From positions 22,010,001 to 22,074,000 of the forward strand of contig OX597816.1 in NCBI GenBank assembly GCA_951406725.2: a DNA stretch of 64,000 bases, written 5' to 3'. Under the pieces are notes generated by a model. That model did not search any database. It was not told where the DNA came from and saw only the letters and a list, made by a program, of their open reading frames with translations. This DNA comes from Octopus vulgaris. Lineage: Eukaryota. How positions within the stretch are numbered: position 1 is the stretch's first letter; the number at the start of each line of letters is the position of its first letter. The position numbers were made by a program, and so were the translations under genes. This document shows, one piece after another, positions 40,140 through 51,179 of this stretch.

Positions 40140-40870
40140 AGAAATCAATGCTAACACATGACATCAAGAATGATCTTTGATGTCAAGAACCTTCCTACGT
40201 ATACTAGCTGTCCGTAATGACACTGCTTCCTGGATCTGCACCAACTGGGCTCTGTGCCTATTCCTTCCTATCCATCTGTTCAGATCTTTAGGGATATTTT
40301 CCAATGTACCCATAACTACTGGGATACATTTTACCCGCACTTTCTTTATTTTCTGTAATTCAATAGCTAGGTCTTTGTGCAATGCTATTTTTCTATATAG
40401 TATACTAGCCATCTTAATATGGCTAACCCCTAGGGGGGGGGGTGGGGGACGTTACTGTAGCTTTTTAGCTCTAGGATATCATCGTCTCCAGCTGGCTTTA
40501 GACACAATCCTGTGCTCTTTAATGATTAAAGGATACAGGATTGTGTCTAAAGCCAGCTGGAGACGATGATATCCTAGAGCTAAAAAGCTACAGTAACAAC
40601 CCCCCACCCACCCCTAGTGGTTAGCCATATTAAGATGGCTAGAATACTTTACGTTGTCGAGCGCTTACTGTTTACATCTCGCTCAGATATTTATTATTGC
40701 TTATTGTTCTATACTTCTCATATTAATGTGTTCATTATTTGGGACTGTAAAGTCAGTTATCTGTCACATTATATCCTCTTTATCTACTCCTACCAAATCA
40801 GGACTTCTAGCTTCCATTACTCTGTCAGTCTGGATGTTGAAGTCCCACAATATATTTTATTTCTTATTTG
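40140..40870 (-). pseudogene. 3' remnant of an RLE-type (R4/Dong-like) non-LTR retrotransposon, split by a fold-back element
   Basis: Minus strand: ILWDFNIQTDRVMEARSPDLVGVDK..ITDFTVP (PD..D motif), then HKDLAIELQKIKKVRVKCIPVVMGTLENIPK..IQEAVSLRTASIRRKVLD. Confidence 0.85.
40400..40647. mobile_element. Fold-back (fully palindromic) MITE
   Basis: CTAGCCATCTTAATATGGCTAACC...GACACAATCCTGT is mirrored by ACAGGATTGTGTC...GGTTAGCCATATTAAGATGGCTAG; ~120-bp arms. Confidence 0.85.
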
Positions 40871-41039
40871 ATCCTGTAGGAGAGACAGTTTTATTATCTA
40901 GTGCTCACAACCATAACGCTTGAAGAGTAATCAACATGAAAAGTATTCAAGAAACCTTCCATATGTTACAAAATCCCAGGTCTGGAAGAACCACATGTAA
41001 CCGGGGTTGAGGTTGAGGGTGAAGATTAAATTCTTTACA

Positions 41040-41745
<706 letters not shown>

Positions 41746-42040
41746 TCCTTGCTCGTACTTGGTATTTCTGGAAAAGGAAGCCTTTGATAGCGTAAGCCTT
41801 CGCCAGAAGATTATCGATGCAACAGAAGACTTATTCTTGCAAATTCCTTCCAATAGAAGGTTTCTCATATACCGAGACGTTTCATTTTATGTATTTCGTA
41901 CAATTCATTTATCACGTCCGAATTTTCTTTCACAATCATCTCTATGTAAATCACCACTGTTTCAATATCCCCTCATCCGTCGCCATTCTGGCAAATGCAA
42001 GAAATCAATTTTATTATCATTATTATTATAAATCTTCATA

Positions 42041-42112
<72 letters not shown>

Positions 42113-42115
<3 letters not shown>

Positions 42116-42225
42116 GGCTTAGTTGTTAGATTGTTGGACTCATGGTCGTAAGATTGTGGTTTCGATTCCTGGACCGGGCGATGCGTTGTGCTATTGAGCA
42201 AAGCACTTCATTTACTGCTCCTAGT
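42113..42225 (+). mobile_element. SINE family C-related head fragment
   Basis: GTGGCTTAGTTGTTAG..GGTTTCGATTCCTGGACCGGGCGATGCGTTGTG, matching 61842. Confidence 0.75.
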
Positions 42226-43048
42226 GAGCAGTAAAATAATAATAATAATAATTATTATTATTATTATTAATGTTATTATTGTTAGTAGCAGTATTGATAG
42301 ATAAGTTATTATTATCATTAATATCAGCATTCGCTTGATTTATTAGTATTTCTGTTTACAAGCGAAAATCAATTTTGAAAAAATGTAAAGAAATACATAA
42401 AACCTCAGATAGAAAAATCGACAGAGAATTTTTTTTTTTTTTTTTAGATAAGACGAAGAAAATTATTTGAAGACATTTATTTTATCTCTCCGCCAATCAT
42501 TTCCAGTGTCAGTATCACATCAAACCAACTGTAAGGGCGATAAACTCAAACAATGTTAAAGAGACGAAAAAAATTAATAAAATAATAACGCTTTTTTAAT
42601 GCTATGTAGATAATATCAGCTTCCCATTTCTCTTTATTTGCGTGCAAAAACATCTTTGCCTAATCGCTACTTATGAGATCCATCAATAGTGAAATGACTG
42701 CAAGAGGTTTTAACGATAAACATGCAGAAATTAATTTTTTTTTTCTATTCACATGTAAAGATACATCGTCTGTTTCAGTGAAAATCTTAACCAGTTATCT
42801 TTTATCTGTATGATGACAACGTGTACAGTACATAGCCGTTATATATTTGCTATTTCATTGACTGATCTATAGATCCATCAAACTCTCTTCTTCACTTTAT
42901 CTTCTTCATTTTCAGACTACGATTATGAGCCCGAAACTTTATATTGTTCAGTCCTCACGAGAAATAAACTTCTCAAACTCTTCTTCCAGCTCCCACGTTG
43001 ATTATCCGACAGAATTGTTTGTATTTTCCCTATAATATGCGTATGTAA

Positions 43049-43246
43049 GGCAGTGAGCTAGCAGAATCGTAAGCACACCGGGAAAAATGCTATCCGGTAT
43101 TTCGTCTCTGAGTTCAAATTCTGCCGAAGGTCGATTTTGCCTTTCACCATTACGGCGTCTATACATCAAGTACATATCAATAACTGGGGTCGATAGGCAA
43201 GCCCCTTCCCTACAATTTCAGGTTTTGTGCCTATAATAGAAATGAT
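43049..43246 (+). mobile_element. SINE family B, diverged
   Basis: GGCAGTGAGCTAGCAGAATCG head and CTGAGTTCAAATTCTGCC B box. Confidence 0.8.
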
Positions 43247-43264
43247 TATAATTTATACGTTTGT

Positions 43265-43679
43265 TATTTCTTTATTGCCCACAAGGGTCTAAACATAGAG
43301 TGGACAAACAAAGACAGACAAAGGGATTAAGTCGATTATATCGATCCCGGTGCGTAACTGGTACTTAATTTATTGACCCCGAAAAGATGAAAGGCAAAGT
43401 CGACCTCGGTGGAATTTGAACACATAACGTAACTGCAGACGAAATACCTATTTCTTTACTGCCCACAAGGAGCTAGACACAGAGAGGACAAACAAGGACA
43501 GACGAACGAATTAAGTCGATTATATCGACACCTGCGCGTAACTGGTACTTATTTAATCGACCCCGAAAGGATGAAAGGCAAAGTCAACCTCGGCGGAATT
43601 TGAACTCAGAACGTAGCGGCAAATGAAATACCGCAAAGCATTTCGCCCAGCATGCTAACGTTTCTGCCAGCTCGCCGCC
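43265..43679 (-). mobile_element. SINE family B with two reiterated units
   Basis: Ends CTGCCAGCTCGCCGCC; two core units. Confidence 0.9.
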
Positions 43680-43714
43680 TTCTGTTTCTCTTTCTTGTTA
43701 CACACACATATATA

Positions 43715-43844
43715 CAGGGTGTCCCAAAATAATGTATACACATAGTGGTTCGGCAAAAGAGAACGATAGAATAAGTACTAGGCTTACAAAGAATAACAAA
43801 TTTACAATTATTTAAGGTGTGTATACATTTTTTGGGACACCCTG
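43715..43844. mobile_element. Tc1/mariner-type MITE carrying a SINE A fragment
   Basis: TA|CAGGGTGTCCCAAAA..ATGTATACAC ... GTGTATACATTTTTTGGGACACCCTG|TA. Internal 43743-43796 matches SINE A. Confidence 0.85.
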
Positions 43845-45089
43845 TATATATGCATGAATATGTGTGTGTGTATATACGCATATAAATGTGAATATTTATA
43901 TATATTTGTACATATCTAGGTTTGTTCAGGCGTATATAGATATGTGTATATCCTAATTGTACCTCCATACGATAAACATTGCATCTACTCCGTACATAAC
44001 ATAAAACTTAATAGAGAGTGCTCGCATTTGTAAACAAGTTGTAAACATTTCGTAGACAATAGAACGACTTAAATCTCTTTCATTATATGTTTGCCGATAC
44101 TGGGAAACAACACAAATTATATTCACTTGATATTGAACAAAATATCGGAAGATTTATTTTATAAGTATTTCGTTTGAAACCTTGAAATATAGATTCTGTT
44201 GTTTTTCAGTCTATTTAAATGTTAAATTGTAGCATATTTAGATAAATCTATTGTCTAAGAAATGTGTACGAAACATTTTTGCTACTTGTTTACAATATTG
44301 TACATCTTGCACGACGCATTAGCGTATCGACTAGCGGCAACATCGATTATAGCACGAGATAAAATTACTGTATATTCCCCAGGAATTAGACCACACTGAA
44401 ATTGTTAATCGCTTACAGATATTTTACACGAGAGAATTTTTTATGAACGCCTTTTGTATTAAACGTATTTTTTGCTGCTTTCGGTTCCTAATAAAACGAT
44501 TATTCATTTAGCCTTTACCCAAGAGAATCGTACTGACCTGACGGCTTCATGTATAGTAATAACCTGCTTAAATAATTCTCGAGTTTAATACCCTGATGGA
44601 GTACGAAGTGAAACTTTGCGCCCTCTGTTGGATCATTATATTGGATATTTTATCCAACGTCATATAATATACATTTTCTTATTGTTCATTATACTTAAAT
44701 ATATAATGCACGCATAGGCACAAATACGTGAGCTTTTTATGATTCTTCGTTGATAACTGACGTGGAGGGAGTATGTCCAAGTCTTGTGTGTTAATTTTCT
44801 GTTTGTGCTTTTGTCGTCCGTCTGAGGAATATTTGAACCTCATTATATACATATATATATAACGGTAAGAGATTGTTTTCGTTTATTTGCTACTCCGATT
44901 TTGCGTGTGTGAATCGCAGGGTTTGTCGTATATGGAACCTCCACTTATAGAAAATGGAAAAAACAGTCTTTGACTGCCATTTCTAATTCCTTCGGTATGC
45001 GGCGAAGCAGCCTGTTGCCCGCCCTTTTAATTATTTTTACCATATATATATATATGTGTGTGTGTATGTGTGTGTGTGTGTGTGTGTGT

Positions 45090-46560
45090 GGAGGCACATG
45101 GACAACGCACATTCTTTGAAAATCTCCACAACTACATCTCTGTAGATCACTGAAGTAGTGTGAAAGAATGCTGAACAGCTGTGGATTCTTGAAGCCCCAA
45201 ATGTTACTAGATCGATATCTGTGCTGGGTATTCATATGAGATGGAGAAGGCACAGCGTACAGATCGGTGCCTTAGCTTTCAATTCCAAAGTTGGGAGATA
45301 GACCTTCCAGGAACTTCCGTACCTATATCACCACATATCTTTCACACATTATCTCTAAGGAGCAGAACTTCAGTTTCCTTAAACACTTAGTAGCTCAACT
45401 ATTTCACCGAGTCAATCTTCTTTGTGTTGTGGCATTTGATTGACATAAGTTCCGCCAATAGTTTAGCGCTCTGCGGCGACCACAGTTGGGAGATGTAATC
45501 CAGATTGATCTTCATGGGAGTAGCACAATATCCCTTTTTTCTTATTCTGAATTATCGGAAAATCCATCCATCTACTTGTCGGCAAAATGATGCCATCTAG
45601 GTAATGAAATGTTGCATCATTGCTCATGTAGATTCCCAGGTGACACGCTGACTCTGACTCTGGGATATAAGTACCTTGTGGTCCTGTGTATTCTGATTGT
45701 AGTCTGTGAGCTTATAGTGGAGAGCTTGGATTTCCTCAGCATTGAACTGAATGTTATTTTCATTTAGCTTGTGAGAGTGGGTGACTGAGGATACGTCTGA
45801 GAGGGCCACCACATACAGTCTTGATCATTGTCCAGTTGTGTGAGGGCTTCCGCTGCTAATTGATGTCTCCCTAGAGAGAGCACCATTGGTTGAAACCGTC
45901 TGATGCTTACTTTGTAGAAAGACATGCAGCCACTCTCCCAGTTTTCTAGTGATACCAAGGTCACGCAATATGTAACCTATCAGCCCATGATGAACCTCGT
46001 CAAAGGCCTTGGCAAAGTCAAGATACATCACATCCACATTTGCATGGTTGGCGTGTTGTTTTAGTACCCAGTCATAACGATGTAGGAGCAGCGTTCAACA
46101 TTTCTGGTGAAACAGAGGTGTAATATGTTATCACTTCCGGTTAGGTTTTCTCCATAAACAACATTTTCATAAGTTCAAGTATAGATTCTTCTTGATTGCT
46201 CTCTTTGAGTGTTGTTCATGAGATTACGCAGCTTTCTGGTCATCTGATGTTGGGGAATTTGAAGTACATTAACGCAGTGGTTTATCTTTGTTAGTACTTC
46301 TTTTATTATTATGAGGATTTCATGAATATTACTATCGCGAAATGAGGCGTCGAATGGCTGACACAATGTGTATATTATCACATCAAGTTACTTTAAATGC
46401 ACCGAGTGTGTAACAGACCGAGTTTGAATGTGATAACAGGATCAGTGGCGTAATATCTTCATGAATGTACAATGCAACTCTACTGTGACATCTTTCTACT
46501 CTGGCTGCACGGAATACATCCTATATTAATAAGTGTATTTTGCATCATTCATATCAGGAG
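45090..46560 (-). pseudogene. Degraded CR1-like LINE ORF2 (APE + RT fragments, large deletions)
   Basis: Minus strand: DVFRAARVERCHSRVALYIHED (APE-like), DVMYLDFAKAFDEVHHG..LRDLGITRKLGEWL (RT), ENNIQFNAE, PQLFSIL. Confidence 0.85.
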
Positions 46561-46970
46561 ACATATGTCTCCGTTAATGTAATTCATATCATTTGATTGC
46601 ACGCAGTTTTGCACTTGCTGTTGCCTCTGATATTTTTTCAGAAGAATCGATGGGTTTGTTGGGTTTGCGACAATAATAGTTAACCTGTGGTTATCATTTG
46701 AGGCAATCTTGTGTGTAAGTGAGTTTGACTTAGTTTTGTTTGCAACCATGCCAGCTGCAGTACTATCTTTCGTGTCACACTTTAAATATTCAAACAGTAG
46801 TATAACGGATTTAGTATGGAATGGTGAAACCAGTTTTTCATTTTCTAAAAAAGCAAGGTTTTGGACTTACGACACTTTTACATAATTGCAACGATGTGCG
46901 TGTGCATAAATACATGCATATACACCTATACATATAAGAATGTGAGCAAAAAGACATGCTTATACAAATG

Positions 46971-47003
<33 letters not shown>

Positions 47004-47015
47004 TGAGAGAGAGAG

Positions 47016-47090
<75 letters not shown>

Positions 47091-48360
47091 CATTCTTAGA
47101 ATGTTGGAAAGGATGCCTCACCTAAAAATCCTGAAAGTAGTATATAATCTATTTGTCTAGATATCAAATAAAATATGTAAAAGTTTTCAAATGAAGTCAT
47201 TTTCTTTGCATTTATCTGATTCCCGGTAATCCTGTACGCATCTGTAAACGAAAAGAAGCTTACCTTAAGATTTTGCCTTTTCACTACTTTCAATAATTAA
47301 TCAAGCAAAATTGCATACCTACGTTTGTCCCATTAATGTTGTAACAAAGTAAATGTTACCACGTAATTGGAAACATAAAATTCTTGTTTGGGAAATTTCT
47401 CGAGTTTTCCGTAAGCACGTACGATTTTCGAAAACGTTAAGTATTAAGCTTAAACCTTGTATTTTTGACGAAGACTTTATTTTCGTGTAATAATATTAAT
47501 TTTATGATAAATACTATTTCACTCAAAGTTGATTTTTTTGTTATTTCAATCTATTTCCAGTTTTCTTAGAGATTTTCAGGGCGACGTAAATACACGTGCT
47601 GGTAGTAAGTCGCCATCTTGTATAATATTATTTACGTAAATATATTATATGTCTGTGTGTATTTGTGTGTATGTATACAGATGTTATTGATGGCTTGCTT
47701 TTATAAAAATAGGCCTCGACACATACGCCTGAAGTATTTTATAAAACGTTGGGCCACTTGTGTTTCAAGTAATCATACCGAGGCCTGTTTTAAATGATTA
47801 AATTAGAGATGTACCATGAAAAATATTTAAGAAGAAATATGTAAACCTCTCGAAAAAACATTTCTGAAAGTAATGTAATTTTTTTCTTTTTTTAGATTAT
47901 TCGTGTTTTATGTAGGAAAGCTTTTGGAAAATATATCTGGCATTTAATAATTCAATTGTCTGGTTTTGAATCTATTTGATGTTTATGTTTTAGTATGCAA
48001 AAACTCAGGAGATGTTGTCATTAGTAGTGTATATTTAATAAATACCATAAAAGAAAAAAAAAAAACTTGGAAAGTGAATATGGCTACTGTAGTTTTGTTG
48101 GCTGTAAATAAATAAATGCAGTTTTCATAACGTTGTCATCTTATGGAATGTGGAAAATCCAATATGTGGAAATAGCTATTTTAAGCAGTCTGTTTCAAAA
48201 TTTAGATCATAAATAATAAGGCAGTTGTCAGCGATAATTCGCTACGTTCCATGTTAGCTAAAATTTCGGAAAATATTACGCATCCCAGATAAAGGATTTC
48301 TTTGGAACAATATTCAATGTTATATCTAAATCTGGTATTTGTAATGTCTAGAAAATAGGA

Positions 48361-48742
48361 TTGGAAGCACTCCGTCGGTTACGACGACGAGGGTTCCGGT
48401 TGATCCGATCAACGGAACAGCCTGCTCGTGAAATTAACGTGCAAGTGGCTGAGCACTCCACAGACACGTGTACCCTTAACGTAGTTCTCGGGGATATTCA
48501 GCGTGACAAAGAGAGTGACAAGGCCGGCCCTTTGAAATACAGGTACAGCAGAAACAGGAAATAAGAGCGAGAGAAAGTTGTGATGAAAGAGTACAGCAGG
48601 GATCACCACCATCCCTGCCGGAGCCTCGTGGAGCTTTAGGTGTTTTCGCTCAATAAACACTCACAACGCCCGGTCTGGGAATCGAAACTGCGATCCTACG
48701 ACCGCGAGTCCGCTGCCCTAACTACTGAGACATTGCGCCTCC
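48361..48742 (-). mobile_element. tRNA-derived SINE family C, full length
   Basis: Minus strand head GGAGGCGCAATGTCTCAGTAGTTAGGGCAGCGGACTCGCGGTCGTAGG..GTTTCGATTCC. Confidence 0.9.
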
Positions 48743-48782
48743 ACTCTAGAAAATAGATACAGTATATGAAATGTTTAACATA

Positions 48783-49148
48783 GGCGTAGGAGTGGCTGTG
48801 TGGTAAGTAGCTTGCTTACAAACCACATGGTTCTGGGTTCTGTCCCACTGCGTGGCACCTTGTGTGAGTGTTTTGTGAGTGGATTTGGTAGACGGAAACT
48901 GAAAACGTCCGTCGTATATATGTATGTGTGTGTGTGTGTGTATATGTTTGTGTGTCTGTTTCCCCCCACCAACATCGCTTGACAACCGATGCTGGTGTCT
49001 TTACGCCCCCTAACTTAGCGGTTCGGCAAAGGACACTGATAGAATAAGTACTAGGCTTACAAAGATTAAGTCCTAGAGTCGATTTGCTCGACCAAAGGCG
49101 GTGCTCCAGCATGGCCGCAGTCAAATGACTGAAACAAGTTAAAGAATA
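48783..49148 (+). mobile_element. tRNA-derived SINE family A (small internal deletion)
   Basis: GGCGTAGGAGTGGCTGTGTGG head to GACTGAAACAAG tail. Confidence 0.92.
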
Positions 49149-49419
49149 AGTTCGTATTCTGATTTCGCCATCGAAAATTCCCTCGAAATGTTCGGAACGT
49201 TTATATCAGTAGTGTTCCTTCATTTAGTTATCTTGGGCTGTTCACAACTTGAGGTAGTTGGCGCGTGTGTACTATTACCACACTAAATTTGAGTTGTGAT
49301 GTCGAACATCTATGAACCAGCACTGATTTATTTACAAATCTACATCGAATAAGTTAACAGACTGAAAAATTCAAAGAACATCTCGTTTTGGAATCTTCTC
49401 TATATAACTAGTTAAATGT

Positions 49420-49725
49420 GGAGGCGCAATGGCCCAGTGGTTAGGGCAGCGGACTCGCGGTCGTAAGATTGCGGTTTCGATTCCCAGACCGGGCGTTGTG
49501 AGTGTTTATTGAGCGAAAACACCTAAAAGCTCCACTAGGCTCCGGCAGGGGGTGATGATCCCTGCTGTACTCTTTCAGCACTCTTTCTCTCACTCTTTCT
49601 TCTGTTGGCCTGCTCGCTTAGCAAGCGGGGTGGCGTCATTCGAAGGCTAAAACAATGCGAACGCATTGTGACCAGCGACGTGTAACTACATCTGATGGAC
49701 TGGTCGGTCACGTGATCACGTGATA
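49420..49725 (+). mobile_element. tRNA-derived SINE family C with an alternative 3' tail
   Basis: Same head as 48742; tail ends GGTCACGTGATCACGTGA; imperfect flanking repeat ATAA.T.GTTAAAT. Confidence 0.88.
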
Positions 49726-50799
49726 ATTTGTTAAATAATGTTATGAAAGTAGTTCAAGAAATGTTATTCACTGCAAATAATTGATATATGTTACATGAGA
49801 TTGCAATTAAAGTTGTGTGAATTTTGTTCAGTACGATGTAAACACGTTACGTAAGATAACGAATGAGGAAAGACAAGCGAAAAAGATTCCTCTACATTGG
49901 CAAAGGCTCTCTGATCTGAGACTGAATTTCCCAACTTTTATAATGATTTACCACACTTCTAGAATCTTCGGTCAAACTGTTTGGCGAAAAAACTTGCATA
50001 TTTTCTGTGACATTTGCGCCTTAAACATAAAAACATTATAAACCAGCAAGTGCTGATTTGTCGAGCCATATACTTGCTCTTATACGGAAGTTCACCGCTT
50101 CGCGGCTCTGCACATGAAATTTATGAGGGCTTTAAATCAAATCTTAACTGAAGCCTCGCTACTTTATACTCTGTAGCGGTTATATGGATAATTCCTAAAA
50201 CTTTGATTTGTATATCAAGATATTTTATATCAGTTCCTATCTACTGTGTTGTTATCGAAGGGAAAAATTTAGGCCCGGTTCTATTCGAGTATCTTTGGTC
50301 TAAGTGCGTGTAACTTAACAATTTAGTATGAAATTATTTTCTTTTTAGTATAATACGAATATTTGGATGTAATATGTAACGTAGAGTTTACTTAATAGTC
50401 TGGACAATATGAATACTTGAGTTAGTAATTTACCACGGATTATGTGTTAAATTTAATGAAATATGAATTTTTGAGGTTGTAATTTAGTTGGTTTTTTTCT
50501 TTAAAGTTTTATGGAATATAAAAGTCTGAGCGTATGATTTAGCTTTGTTTTCCTTTGTAGTGTGTATCGAACATTAAAATCTGAATAGATAATTAAGCTT
50601 GATTATACTTTAGTATTTGTACAATAGGAATATATGAATATAAAACTTTTATGTACAAGATTTATTTTACTTTTTATGAATGTGTATTTACAGCTGTTGA
50701 AAGGAAATGAGAGGACAATGAAGATGTCCTCGCACACATGCGTACATCTGGAATACATGCTCATGTAATTGCATTCAAAAATACACTCACACACACATA

Positions 50800-50837
<38 letters not shown>

Positions 50838-51179
50838 TATTATTAATATATTCATCAGTCATAAACTTCACCACCAGCGTAACGAATATAACAATACAGA
50901 TCATAAAATAACAACAGCAAAATTGCCAAGAAGAATTGCCAAGAATAGCAACAACAATAAAAATCATTATAAGCGCTATTAAAAATGCCATCAGAAATGA
51001 AACATTGGCTAAAAAATATGCTCCTCGTCTATATTTGTTGCGGATATCATATATTCAATATATTCCGATATTAAATCATTTAATATATTGCTACAAATTT
51101 ATTCCCCTTTCAACCCTGCTCTCTCTCACTCTCTCCCTCTCAACATGTATACCTCTGTCTACGTAATGGTTGCATATAT

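Noticed and set aside
44590-44625. CCCTGATGGAGTACGAAGTGAAAC hammerhead-like string
   Set aside because: Core mismatch (CUGAUGG) and no stem I or stem II pairing.
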